64,000 nt of DNA, from contig FLMG01000335.1 of the NCBI GenBank assembly GCA_900088475.1, positions 124,001 to 188,000 on the forward strand. Reading direction: 5' to 3'. The notes below the pieces were generated by a model. It had not been told where the DNA came from and ran no database searches. It saw nothing but the letters and a program-made list of their open reading frames with translations. This DNA is from Hyphochytrium catenoides (lineage: Eukaryota > Protista > Hyphochytriomycota). The translations under genes were made by a program, and so were the position numbers. Below are positions 25,812 through 38,600 of this stretch, one piece after another. Numbering within the stretch: the first letter of the stretch is position 1; every line of letters begins with the position of its first letter.

Positions 25812-27476
25812 ATGGCATCTGTAACAAAGTCAGTGGCAGGGAAGACCAAGAACCTGGTCACCCGCTGTCCTTTCTTCAATGTGATTTCCAAGGAGAAGCA
25901 AGCGCTCCTCCCCAACCTGCCAGCTTTGGCGCAGCTCTGCCCGCACCTTCGCAGTCAGGGTTATGGTGGCTCTATGGTTCACATGTCTCATGGCTCTGCT
26001 GCGAGCCAGCAAGCGTCACCTTCTCTCTCGTCGATCCATGTCTCAATGGAAGAGGTAGCTGCACCTCAAGACTTGCACTTTCAGAGCGTCCGGTCTGCTC
26101 CCAACAGAGTGGAAGCTACCGTTTCTCCCCTAAAAAAGGCCAAAAAGGAACCAACCTCTTATGAGAAGGCTTTTAGAAAGACGATTGAGAATATTAAGAA
26201 CGAGGGCCGCTATCGTGTCTTTGCTGACCTGGAGCGTCAGCAGGGAAACTATCCCAACACTCTTTACCACCTTCCTGATGGCACTCAGGTAGAGGTGACT
26301 GGGTGGTGCAGCAATGACTACCTCTGCATGGGGCAGAACCCCAAGGTGCTGAAGGCGATGGAGAATGCGATCTACAAATATGGTGCAGGTGCAGGGGGCA
26401 CGAGGAACATCAGCGGCACTAACCATATGCACGTGATGCTGGAAAAGGAGTTGGCAGACCTACACGGCGCGGAGGGCGCCCTTCTTTTCACCTCGTGCTA
26501 TGTGGCCAATGAGACTACTCTGAGCACTCTGAGTAAGATCTTTCCAGGGATTATCATGTTCTCAGATGAGATGAATCACGCATCAATGATTCACGGTGTG
26601 CTAAACGCAAGAACCGCGAAGAAGATTTACAAGCACAATGACTTGGAGCATTTGGAGAAGCTTCTAAAAGAGGCAGACCCAGATGCTCCCAAGCTGATTC
26701 TTTTTGAGAGTGTGAACTCCATGGAGGGGACCATTGCGCCAATCGAAGAGATCTGCGACTTGGCTGACAAGTACAACGCAATGACCTTCTGCGATGAAGT
26801 GCACGCTGTTGGGCTCTATGGCTCCAGAGGAGGAGGAGTGGCCGAGAGAGATGGTGTCATGGATAGATTGACGATGATAACCGGCACTTTGGGCAAGGGC
26901 TTTGGCGTCATGGGAGGTTACATTGCAGGCTCTGCAGCCCTTGTTGATGCTTTCCGTTCTACTTGCCCTGGCTTTATTTTCACCACTTCGCTTCCTCCTA
27001 CCCTTGCGGCGGGAGCGGTTGCATCTATCCAACACCTGAAGGAAAGCTGTGCTGAGAGAGAGATTATGCATCTCAACTCGATGGAGGTGAAGAGAAGATT
27101 GGTTGAGGAAGGGTTCCCTCTTCTTCCTTCTGTGAGCCATATTGTTCCTCTGATGGTGAATGACCCTGTGAAAGTGAAGCTAGCCGCGCAGATGCTTCTG
27201 GAGAAGCACAGAATCTACGTTCAACCGATCAACTTCCCAACCGTCCCCCGTGGAGAGGAAAGGCTTCGTCTCACTCCTTCTCCTGCTCACACCAAGGAGC
27301 ACATTGACCAACTGGTCGAGGCGCTCAAGGACGTGTGGGCACAGTTGGGATTGAAGAGGGAGAGAGCTTGCCCTCTGAGCATCAAGGACTACGCGCCCAC
27401 TAGTCCTGAGAAGTACCTCCCAGAAGTTACCTTCCACAACGTGGTAACTGACCTCCCTATGGTGGAGTGTGCATAA
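25812..27476 (+). CDS. ALAS: 5-aminolevulinate synthase, mitochondrial (intronless CDS, 554 aa)
   Basis: [56 protein letters not shown]-lysine motif [24 protein letters not shown]. The N-terminal extension carries two CP motifs. Confidence 0.97.
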   Translation: MASVTKSVAGKTKNLVTRCPFFNVISKEKQALLPNLPALAQLCPHLRSQGYGGSMVHMSHGSAASQQASPSLSSIHVSMEEVAAPQDLHFQSVRSAPNRVEATVSPLKKAKKEPTSYEKAFRKTIENIKNEGRYRVFADLERQQGNYPNTLYHLPDGTQVEVTGWCSNDYLCMGQNPKVLKAMENAIYKYGAGAGGTRNISGTNHMHVMLEKELADLHGAEGALLFTSCYVANETTLSTLSKIFPGIIMFSDEMNHASMIHGVLNARTAKKIYKHNDLEHLEKLLKEADPDAPKLILFESVNSMEGTIAPIEEICDLADKYNAMTFCDEVHAVGLYGSRGGGVAERDGVMDRLTMITGTLGKGFGVMGGYIAGSAALVDAFRSTCPGFIFTTSLPPTLAAGAVASIQHLKESCAEREIMHLNSMEVKRRLVEEGFPLLPSVSHIVPLMVNDPVKVKLAAQMLLEKHRIYVQPINFPTVPRGEERLRLTPSPAHTKEHIDQLVEALKDVWAQLGLKRERACPLSIKDYAPTSPEKYLPEVTFHNVVTDLPMVECA

Positions 27477-27801
27477 GTGACTCACTGTCTCTTCCTCTCC
27501 CTCTGGACTCAATTTTGAGGCGCTAGGCGGTTAGGTTGAGGTGAGGGTTATAAGTAATGTTCAGTGCTTGTTCAGAGAGTGACATTGAGGAAGAGGAAGC
27601 TGTTTAATAATCAAATGAAGATTCTTTATGGTGCTTCACAGTCACGCTGTGTTGCTGGCTTTGACTTCAAAATACATTAGCTCCCGTCGAGCTAGCCACT
27701 CGTGTGCGTTGTGACTGCTATTATGAGACAACGTGAGCTGGATATCTGTACGAAACTCCGTGCCACCTGTAGTTCTTCACTCATGCCTCTATCCCTGAAC
27801 C

Positions 27802-30800
27802 TTAGTAAGCGCTAGTTCGGAACTCGCTGTGCAAAGCTGCGTCATTGAAAAGGATGTACTCGTCTTCCTTCCTGCCATAGCGGAAAAGCCTCCCAACACG
27901 GAACACCTCCTTCCTCTCCTTTGCCTTGTCGTGCGAGGCCTCCTTACTCTGCTCGCCATCCGGGAGGGTTCCTTCGCCAAAAGCATCCGTCCCATGGCCG
28001 TCTCCGAAAAATGAGCGGTAGAGATTTTGGCTTCGGGAATCTACCGCGCCCGCGTCATTGCTAGCGATGAGCGAGGGGTTCAACCGTTTGCCATAAAACC
28101 TAGACGTGGTACACCACCCAAGACCATGGAAGCGAGGAAGGAGAAGTGAGGATTCAGGCTATCGACTACTCCGCTAGCCGTCAGTAACCCTACCTCTCGG
28201 TACCCTCATCTTCCTTTAGCATCTTCGCAACAAGGGGCGCTGCTCGAATGTTCTGCGGCAGTCCTTTGAATGGCCCAGATTGTAACTGAAAGCTCACGCC
28301 AGCCCGCAGCTGCGCTCGCCGGACGGCCACCGGATCGTTTTCACTGATGTTGAAATCGTGGAGGTAGCGCTGAAACAATGGGATAACACTTAGTTCAAAC
28401 TTTTATACCATTGTCTTTCGTTTCTCTCCTCCCAAGGTCATGCTGAGTGTGCCCCCATTCCATAGAGTGTGCCCCATTCCATTGACCATCGCCTACCATC
28501 AACATCTTTCCTTATTTCTTCTGATGCTCACCTCATAGAGAAGCATCTGCTCCCGCGTTGGCTCGCTCTTCTCGAAGACTGTGGGGTCTTTGGCCACTTG
28601 TTCTGCTCGTGCATACTTCTCCATGGTCTCGGCATCAGGAGGCTGGAACAGATTCTCAAGGGAATGCACTCCCGAGATCAGTCCCGAAGATCCTCCGTCA
28701 TCCCGCTCTAAGGAACTGTACCCAACTTCGGTTAGCATGACTAGCAAAAGGAGAAGTAAGACGACCACAAAATGGTCTAAGAGATGACAAAGCAACTCTT
28801 AAAGAAAATTTCAGATATTGACAAGGGCAGACCGAACAATAGCCTGGACTGAGAAAAGCATTCTCTAAATAAAGCACAATCCTTACGTTCTGGAGTTGCG
28901 GCGCTCTCCATTCTGTTCCGTCGTCCGAGGAGACTCTACAGAGAAAAATGCTCGTGCCTGGTTGACTAATGTCCTATGCAGGGCAGACGAGAAATTTGAG
29001 AGCTGTCAGGGGAAGAGAGTTGAGAGAACTAGAACAATGGTGTTAAAAGAATATAATACGTACGGTTGCGTTGTTAGGGGTTTGTCAGCTTCGACGCTGA
29101 GCATGCCGATGAATATGAGAGAAAGAACGCGCAAATGATCAGAGTCAAAATTTCCCCAACAGGGCTATTCCTTTTCCTCTCACTCTTCTCAATCTTGGAT
29201 CTCAGCGGTGTCAAGCATTCAATTGGGGCCTGTTATCTCTCCTTCCACCCTGCTGTTCATCCATCTATGTCTCTCCCTTCCACATGTTTCAGCACATACA
29301 GCCAACTACTGCTATGGAGGCCACCGTGAGGTTTGCACTTGTCCCTCAACCGCATTCTTCCCTCCCTTATTCATGTGCTTCCTACCTGACGTTGTCGCGC
29401 GCTATCGGAACTGGCACCATGAAATCCATCGACAGGATGTCGTCAAAAGAGGTGAGAGATGACGGGAAATGTCGCCGATAAAAGTTCTCCTTGCAAATGT
29501 TCTCCACAGCGCTGCTATATCGGCAGAATAGCACATGGTGAGGTGTAGAGAAGACTGTGAAGGAACCGTCAACTCCAATAAGCGCACGAAGAAAGAAAAC
29601 GACCGCTATTTGAAAGCACACAGGTACAAAACTCTACGTTTCTTGCTCGAGAAGATGACAGATAGGGCACCCAGAAAGCAACAAAGTGGTAAAAATGTAG
29701 CTCTTTCTGCACCACGGCCATCCTGCTCTTTCTATTCTTTTCGGTGTGTGATCTTCTCTTCGTGACCGTGACCCTACCTGTGTTGGTCCTTTTCCACCAA
29801 AGCAGTTTCCATAAAAGTCTGTAGCGGAAGTTCCCACCATTTGTCTTCCGTCAGCATTTGTACTCTCCTTTTTCCTTTACGCGGACGCCCATTACTTCTA
29901 TACGAAAGCGGAGAATAGGCTGTGGCTCCATCCGGTCCATCTTGTTGGCTAGCAACTCGAAGAAGATCTGCGAGGTGAAGACTTGTCAAACAATCAAGGG
30001 TGGGTAGAGGTAAGGATTGACAGCAACATCATCACATCAACAATGGGAGAGTGAGGTAGTAGAAAGGCAGTACAATAAGGAATGTTGGTTCAAGCGATAA
30101 TGAAAAATTAGACCAGCGAGCGGCCATATGCCAGCATGCACTCTACTAATCCGTCAAACCAAATCGGGTCTTTTTGCAAAAAGCGCGTCACTGACCTCTG
30201 TTCTGATATGCCGGGTTCCCTCCGGAAGGGAGGAGCGGATTTTTCGAAGACGATGAAGAAGGGTAGGAGGAAACTCCTAGATTGTGCAGATAATAGTCCG
30301 TCTCGAGCTCCCACAAATTGATTGCGGTCTTCCAAGGGACGAAGTAGCCAAGGAACAGATTGATAGAGTCCTTTGATAAGATGAGGTGTCAGCGTATCAT
30401 TTTTCATGGCTTGCCCCATCAAAGCGTAAGGCGGGAACATTCAGCTTCTCAGTACTTACGCTCCACAAAGGCCAACGCACAGAATAAAGAGGAGTAACAA
30501 GGTTGGGAGAGAATTAATTGGTCTTTAAGTCCCAGCAACAACGGATTGATGGCCTGCTTTAGAGATATTATACCTGTTTCATCCTGTCCGTGAAGGAATT
30601 GCTATAATAGCGTTTGATCAGGTTGATAAACTCCTTCCTCTTATTTCTTCCTCCCTGAAGGACAAGAGGTAGCGTAAGCTCATCACCTAAGATGTCCGTT
30701 GCCATGGCATTACCAAGTCTACATCTTTCCCCTTACCGCCTGAGGCGGCATCTACAACCTTATCATACCTTGTCTGTTCCATTCATATCTTCTTTCTTAT

Positions 30801-33800
30801 GCGCTTCAGACCCACTGTACTGCAAAGAGACAGCATCTCCAGCCTGGTACGTAGTAGGGTGTAAGCAAGTCTCTTATACTGGAGTGCAAATTGTAAGAGA
30901 TCAAGAAGAGAGGCCCTAGCAAAGTCTGCTGGGCACTTTCATGAACACAGGCTAAGAGCTGGTAGGAGACCTCGAAATACAGCCAAAGGACCATGACTGG
31001 AAGAGGTTAGAACTGTCACGGAAGCTGCGGTGACCTAAAGGGACAGAGCACGCTTACCTCTTGGTATAAATTCATTAGGATACGAAGCGGTTGGCAACCA
31101 GGTTCAAGCTCGACCGTGTTGGAGAAGCCCATTTCCAGCAACTGCTCACCAAGGGCGCGGGCGCCAGTGGCGTACTGAGCTACATTCTGGATGAATGAAG
31201 AGTAGCAAAGAGTCAGAGTACAAAAGGTTACAAGCCTCGAGCATCTGCCATCCTTGCTTATCGAGCTCGAGGTAATGATGTATCGAAGCGTAGAGACTTG
31301 AAGTTACTGCTGAAACATATCAAAGGAGCAGATAGCCAAAGCGCTGACGCTCGAGCCTATATACTAACACTACAGGGACGAGCAGCTCAAGAAAGCTTTT
31401 GGTCTGAGACATAGAAGCTGGAAGTACAAAGAGTTTAAGAGAGCTAAAAAAAGCCCTACCGTCCTGTCTAGGCAATCAATGCAGTTCGTCCGCAGGATGC
31501 CCCTTTGAAACTTCCAGCCATACAATGAGTCATCGGCGTCATTCTTAATGACTGCGCCGTCTCCTAAGCCTTCTAGTCCTCCGTCCTCGTCTCCTTCTTC
31601 AGTTGGCACTTCTTTTCGAGGTTCTTTGCTTCTCTCCCGCTTGATTGGTTGGCAACAGAAGAAGCCGATATGCTTAAGAGAGTAAACTGCCACTGCATTG
31701 AGCGCATGAAGAACAGGGAAACGTTTCTTCAACTTTGAGTGGTCGAGGGCGATATAAGGCATGCGGTGATGTGGTGGTAGCAGGCTAGGAGGAGGATGTA
31801 GTTAGCTCAAGTTTAAGGCTGCATAAAGCATCATTCCCGGCCTATAAACAGATCCCCTTACTCAAACTTGAATAAGAACAAAAGTCCAGTGCACTCTTGT
31901 TTCAAGCTCTGCATCCAGGGTGTGCATACCGTTCTAGCGTGCTGTCCCTAATTTTGTCCTGCAATATCCCCAACTGTATCCCTTTGCAACTTTCTGCTCT
32001 TTGACGTTCGGCCTCTTTCCGTCTTGTCTCTAACCATAATTCTTGGTCTCACCTCTACTCACCTATTTAGGTACTGCACTGCACCTGCGAACTCCTCGCC
32101 AACAATGACTTCTCTCTGCCTCTTTTCTGTCAGTTTGACCAGATTGAGGACGATGATGCGGGAACCATAGCGCTCTATGAGGTCCATGAAGTGCTTCTTG
32201 GTCGAGGTGTAGGTTGGGTCCTTGCGGTTGACTGCACCAATAGAGTTTGGCCTTATGAAGATGAGAGAATATTCCAAGCAAGCAGAGTAGGGAGCATATC
32301 ACTGAACAGTGTGGGGAGAGATAGAGCGTATAAAGACTTGAGCAAAAAGTAAGCACCAGAAGACTACATCGTAACCCTGTAGTGGAACCTCCAGTCTGTT
32401 GGTGACACGCCTCCATGGCAGACAACTCACTCTTAATCTCTGGCTTAGGAACGGTCACGCTTGTCTCTTGACTCCAGTGTACGGGCAGTGATCCTCTGTA
32501 CTGTACGAAGGAGGAGAAGCGTCCGNNTCCCACCTCTCTTCAGATACCGTGTCCCAGCAAAGAATCGGGATCTCCTGGCAATGAGACAAAGGGAAACTGC
32601 TCGGCCAAACATTGAGCACTTCCGCTGGCCATAAAACCCATAGGCTAGGTGCACCAGCCATCGTTTTCGACTTTCGGAAGAAAGGCAGGCAGAGAACTCA
32701 CGGTTCAAATGCGCAGACCAGAGAAACCTGATGCGCAGAAGATCGTAAAGGCAATTGAATGGAAGATGAGCGTCTTTCGCTAGTTCCCTTATCAACCAAT
32801 GTCATAACATTCATTGTTCCCCCTATAATCCGATAGAACTCTTATCGTTGGCCTCATGATATAGTCCAGCTACATCAGTCTGGCTCAAATCTGTCTCTTT
32901 GATGGGATGCTCTCTCGTGTGAATCTTCGTGACGATTCCGTACCTGTCTTGAGGTTCGTGCAGCGGTGGATCATTCTTGGCAGCAGCCACCATATTCCTC
33001 TGGAGGCTCTTCGTAACGTCATAGGTATAAGAGAAGTAGAAGTCCTTGGTCAGGTCCATAAAGTGGAAAAGGCCGAGATACCTGATACCACATATAGTAA
33101 GCAAGATGACATATAAGCTAAAGCCGGGCGTGAAGCTAGATGCGCTAACAGAAATGAAGGGTTTCCAGCCCGTATAGCCAATCCGATTGGCGAGTGGCTA
33201 ACAACGTCAACGCCTGCCCGGCAAGGGAAACGTGGAAGTAGAGAAGTTCTCCTAGTATCTTTTTGTCTTACCTGGCCTCGACCTCCTCTTCTAGACTGGC
33301 ATAGAACAGACTGTTGACCCTAGACCAGATCGAGCTCACCGAGTGATTGCTTGAGACAGGAAGGATTTGCGTTGAGCTGATGCCGTAGATTGGGTTTCCA
33401 CCTAAAAGCATTCAGGAGCCGAGGAAGTAAGGGCACATGCGGAACTGAGAACACTTTCGTCTCATTTCCCCTAGCCAGTGACGTATGAAAGTATCACTCC
33501 GATTCTTTCTATGAACGCTCTAGCCAGCAACATCTTGCCTAGTGTTTGCCCAGCTGCTTTCAATTTCGTTCCAGGCGTTGAGGGGTTTTGTCCGCGATGT
33601 CTTACCGATGCTTCCAATTTGTCTGTTCTGCACCATAAGAACAAGGTAATAACCTAGCTTGAAGCGAACAAAGCCCAGCAGGCCGCAGGCAGAAATGCTA
33701 TGCGATAGACCTCCATACTTCTTCTCCTGGAAATTTAGCTCCTAAACAAGAGTAAGGTGAGTCCAGACTGATTGCAGGGACAGAGCTATTGCCGGTAAGC

Positions 33801-34658
33801 TTAATGCAAGAACCAGTGGGACGAGAGAAACATGACGTGCAACAGTCTTGGCTTCGCTATCCTCAACGGATCTCTCTCATACAGTATCTGGATGTCTTGT
33901 CTGGTCGTTCTCTTATCGCCTGAGACTATATCCTTCTTATTCGATAGTCCTGAGACATCTCTCTACTTTCTTTGTGCGTCGGTGTCTCGTTGGGTCCAAA
34001 CTCTCTAGGGCAACTTACTCTTATCTTCTGCTTGATTCCATTGGCAGAGTACTCTGTCGTATCCTCCTACCGTCCACACCAATCGGAGTGCGGTGTCCAG
34101 GTTGCCACGTTGACAGTGCGGGGCGTAGGAACATAATAAGAAAGACGAGGATTAAGTCAGGGTTTTACGCCGAGAAGGGAGATAGATAGCTAAACTGTGA
34201 CGCAGGCTTGGAAGAGGGTTAAAGATGAAGAGACAGAAGTCCACCATTGCTTCCTCTCTCAGCCTCAGGTCACCTGTAGTATCTGAGCCAGAGATGCCGG
34301 GCGATCCACCGTGCGATCGAGCTTGATTATACTGAACGAAGTCTGTTCGCTGTCACAACCTACTAAATAGATGTGCTGCAGATAGGAGAGTCTTAGTCTC
34401 CCCACACTCTAGAGACACCAAGAAAGAGCGCCTCGGTACAGACAACAACGGAGGAGAGAGTCTCACACAGACAGGAACTGCCGGGAGGAGACAGGGAATA
34501 GAGAGTGAGAGATGTACCATTCGATTCTCGTAGATGTTCAGAATCTCCACATGCCGCAGTCCGGGCAGCTTCGAATCAAATCCATCCGCAGGCTGAGCCA
34601 CCTCACCAGACTGAGTCTGCTCTTTCATCAGGTAAGCGTCGCTTCTTGGCTCCATCAT
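27802..34658 (-). CDS. FIG4: SAC-domain polyphosphoinositide phosphatase (FIG4-like), many exons
   Basis: [47 protein letters not shown], catalytic [12 protein letters not shown]|NVAQ (CX5RT), [14 protein letters not shown]|[20 protein letters not shown]. Confidence 0.9.
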
Positions 34659-35614
34659 GATGAACCTCTGTCCCTTCAACTTCCGCCACTTAGGCCCCTT
34701 GGCGTTGCGTCTGCACAGCTTCTACGGTAGGCAAGCTCACAGGGAGACCAATACGATCCCTCCGAGATGACCATTCCTCCTTCTAGGTCGTCTTGTCTCT
34801 TGAGAGCAGCAAATGACGGACTACGCACGCGCTTCGTTTCAGGCGGTCCGTAAGCTTGGTCTTAAGCCCCTTTCTCTCGCATGAACAGCTGGTCCAAGCC
34901 CTCTTTGTTGCCGCTTCTACTGACGCGCCATCGCCCCGCGCTGTTCCTGACCTCCGCGCTGCATTCTCCATAAGGCAAAATCTTCATCTTGACCTCAACC
35001 TTTGACTCCTTCATCAACGAGAGTGCTGTATGGGAGAGGCCCGAGTAATGTACTCGTCAATATGACTCGAGCGAGTATAGTAATTATAGACCTATAGCAC
35101 GCTTCTGTACCCGGGTTAAAGTAAACCCGAGACGTGATGGAAATGAGGTGATGCAACATTCTGATCTTCATTCTCTGCATCATTTGATTTGCCCTTGATC
35201 CAGCTCTTAGGTGCTTCCTGCTTCCCTTCACTGGAGAGGTACGAAGTCTGGTGAGAGCACTGGTACCGCCAGGTTGAAGTCTCCTTCCGTCCCCAGCGTC
35301 CATCCTCTCCTTTCTTCAAGAGACATTCTCAGCTTCTCATCCTCTGCTTTCCCGTCATAGAGAAACCAAGACCAAAAGCCAATCAATAGATAAGGCTCAA
35401 GCGTTCTCCTTCATTGAGGCAAGCCACTTCTCCTTCATGCTGGCATAAGAAGTTAGTAAAGGCTATTCCTGCTAGGATTCATGGACGCATAAGCAGAAGG
35501 AACTCACTGAAGAGCTTGCAGCACTAGATGCCTGTGAAAGCAGCAGACCCAAAGTCAGTAGAGCATGAGGCAAAAAAGAAGTCCTTCCCTTTCTCATAGC
35601 ACTAATCAATGACA

Positions 35615-38600
35615 ATGGAGAGAGACACGGTACAGGGCCTCCGAAGCCATATTATTAAGAGACTTCGCCTGGAGCGTGCCAGTGGCCCGTCGTCCTCCTA
35701 CAGTCATGCTAATCTTGGCCCAGAAGAACAGCGTCAGCTGCTGTTGCGGGCCTACGAGCTCGCGAAAAGCACAAAAGCAGATGACTCTTCGATAGAGAGT
35801 GCTTCCCGCAAAAAGGCGGACGACATAAGCCAACACCACAAAGATAAAGCTAATCAATTGTTTGCTGCTGGACGACATGCTGAGGCTCTAAGGCATTATA
35901 CCCTTGGCCTAGCCTACGCAGGCGATTGCCATCTCTTGGCTGTTCTCTTCTCCAACAGGTGGTAAATCCTCCTCGCCCTTGATAGTCTGATGCGCCCATT
36001 AGATGATATATGCTTCGTCTGCCTTCCTCTCCCACCTTGCGCTCTTCTCACACTACTTCCGCCTCCACCCATGGTCCCTCTCTCTTTGCCTAGATCGCTT
36101 GTCTTGGTGAAGTTGGGCCAGCTTTCCCTGGCCCTAAAGGACGGCGTATCTGCCCTTCAATATGATCCATACTACGCTAAGGCTTGGAGTAGACAAGCGT
36201 TCATCGCATCCACGATGCTTACTCTTGAGGTTGAGAAGGGAAGGGCTGCTGACACACAAAAAGAGATTGAGCTTCGCCGCTGGGCAAAGGTTGGAAAGGA
36301 ACTGGGAGAGAACCTACTGGCTCATTCAGACAAGATAGACAGGCGACTTACAGAGTGTGTTGCATCAACGGCATCGTATAACCTCTCAATTAAGGATTTC
36401 TGGGAAAAGCCGGCTTCTTTGGAAGAACAGCTGCAAGGGGAAGACACCAAGCCCATTTTGGCAGTAAGTCATGGTGATGAGTCAGGGAGGGGCTTGATGT
36501 CGCTCGAGGTGATAGAACCCGGTCAGGTGTTACTTCGGGAGAAGCCCATTGCATGGGTCCCTCTCATCTCTTCTCTCTCCACCTCTGGGGACTGGTGTTT
36601 TTGCTGCTTTGAGCCCTGTCTCGCCCCGGTTTGGTGCGAGTACTGTCCACAATTCTCCTACTGCTCAACTGTTTGCCGAGAAAGAGACTGGGATACTTTC
36701 CACAGCTTTGAATGCCAACAGAAGCTCTTCCAGGGTACGTATTTTCACCACAGCCTCGCCCGTATATCGTCCGATTGTCCCAAGTCTCGGTCTCTATTTT
36801 CTGCACGCGTACCTCACTCTCGCCACTTGTTGATCCTGTGATTCACCTTCTTCCCTCTAGACAATGGACTAGACCCGACAGTCCGCCTAGCTTATAGGTG
36901 AGTCTGTGTATCTGATTATGATTCTTCTTGTTTCCTTATAAATTAAGGCTAGTGCCCTTCTCTTTATGGTGGTCTCTTCACTCTTAGCACGCTTCTCTCT
37001 CCGGCGTCGGTGTGTTGCTGTTACTCGTTTTCAAACTTTTGGTCCGGTCGACCTACCTAAAGAAGGGTCGCTTCTGGGCGTTCGCTTACCTAGTTTCCAT
37101 CGAAATAGACTTAGAGCACTTGAGCGACTGCAACGACAGAGTGAATTGACACATTTCGTTGACCCTCATGAGCTGACCTCTAAATGGGGCTATGGCACTG
37201 TTAAACTGAGAGAATGGGAAGCCCAAGACGCCGAAGACCTTGCACGAATTGCCAACGATCTCGCAGTACGTTCATATGTTGGCCGTCGTAATATAAATGG
37301 AAGTAAGTCACAGGTTGCCGGCAGGTGTGGTGGTACCGCGGACAGAGTTTTCCCCATCCTTACGCAAAGAAAGATGCCCAGTCATGGATCCGGTCAGCTC
37401 AGGTTAGTGCGCCCTTCTGCCTCTCCGGTTCAAAGCTTGCCTTAGAACTTAATCCCCGACCGCTTAGCTCCTGTTCCCTACGTCTGGGCAGTTAGGTGTA
37501 ACAAGAATAATCACACTTTCGCCTTTGAATTGCTACTTTACCTTCCCAGCTCTTGCTCATATGCCACCTCATTTTGTTTCTACTCTCTGCCTGCGGTCCT
37601 CCCATAACTAGTCCGCATCAATTAATGCGTCCCAACAAATCTCTGGAGAAGGGTGTCATCTGGCTTTGGAAATGTTGGACAAGGCAGGCCAAGCGGCTTC
37701 CCTCGCCGGAGCCGTGTCTCTCACTTTACCGCAATCCAAGTCTTCCTTCGCTCTTCTTGGCTTTTGGTTTAAATCATCACTAGATAGGGTGCAGCGGATT
37801 CACTGCCTCACGGCCGCATTGGAAAAAGTGAAGGAGCTGCTTGCCTGCCGCGGCAAGTGGAGGTAAGGGCCCCGTTGCCTGCTTTCGATGTCTTACGGTC
37901 CCATCTAAGTTCTAGGGTTTTTTTAATACACAGGAATATAGACATATATACTTGTGTTTCATCCTTCCCTCCCATACCAATAGGAATCTCGGATCAGCAG
38001 ACTCTTGAAGATTGTGGATTCGTTCTAGTCGGTAGTGATAGAACTACCTTACCACTTCCTTGCTCTTCTTCTCTGGATGTTAACGTTCCGTCAGCGTCGC
38101 CTCCCTGTCTCGTTTTCTCAGATCTGTCAAACTCACCTCACCTTTATATTTCAAGGCCGGGTCGCTGGTAAACGGTTGAAGCGTGGGCTTGCCTTGGACG
38201 AAGAGTGGTATCGATGCGCTCTAACGTTTACAAAGAATGCAAAAATGGGCCCATCCTTTGCCTCCCCATCTCCAAATCGACAGCTGGCTGATTTGGAGAC
38301 CCATTCCAGTGACCTGTCTAGAGAAATANNNNNNNNTTTCTGTCTCGGTCCCTTCATGTCTACCCACATCTATCACATTTTTGTGCCAAGGGATGCGCAT
38401 CCACCTTCTGCTGACGTTGTCATTTTGCCCAACCCGCATTGTATGTACGACTTCTAGGTCAAATGGGTCTCGCGGCCGACGGTACTAACGTTGAATCAAA
38501 TCGAATACGTGTGACAGGCTGGTCTTCTTACTGCTACAGACAAGTGGAGGCAAACCTTAGGAGGGTTTAGTGAGCAATCTTCCCTTGCAAAGGTACCAGA

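Noticed and set aside
26130-27512. Antisense ORFs over ALAS (and similar shadows over other genes)
   Set aside because: They are shadows of real coding sequence with no independent motifs.
30510-30573. 20-nt mini-intron in FIG4 followed by AINPLLLG
   Set aside because: The downstream acceptor near 30370 gives the much better conserved [20 protein letters not shown]; the resemblance is probably chance.
34783-35500. Short minus-strand ORFs between FIG4 and the SMYD gene
   Set aside because: No consistent spliced frame or recognisable motif could be built.
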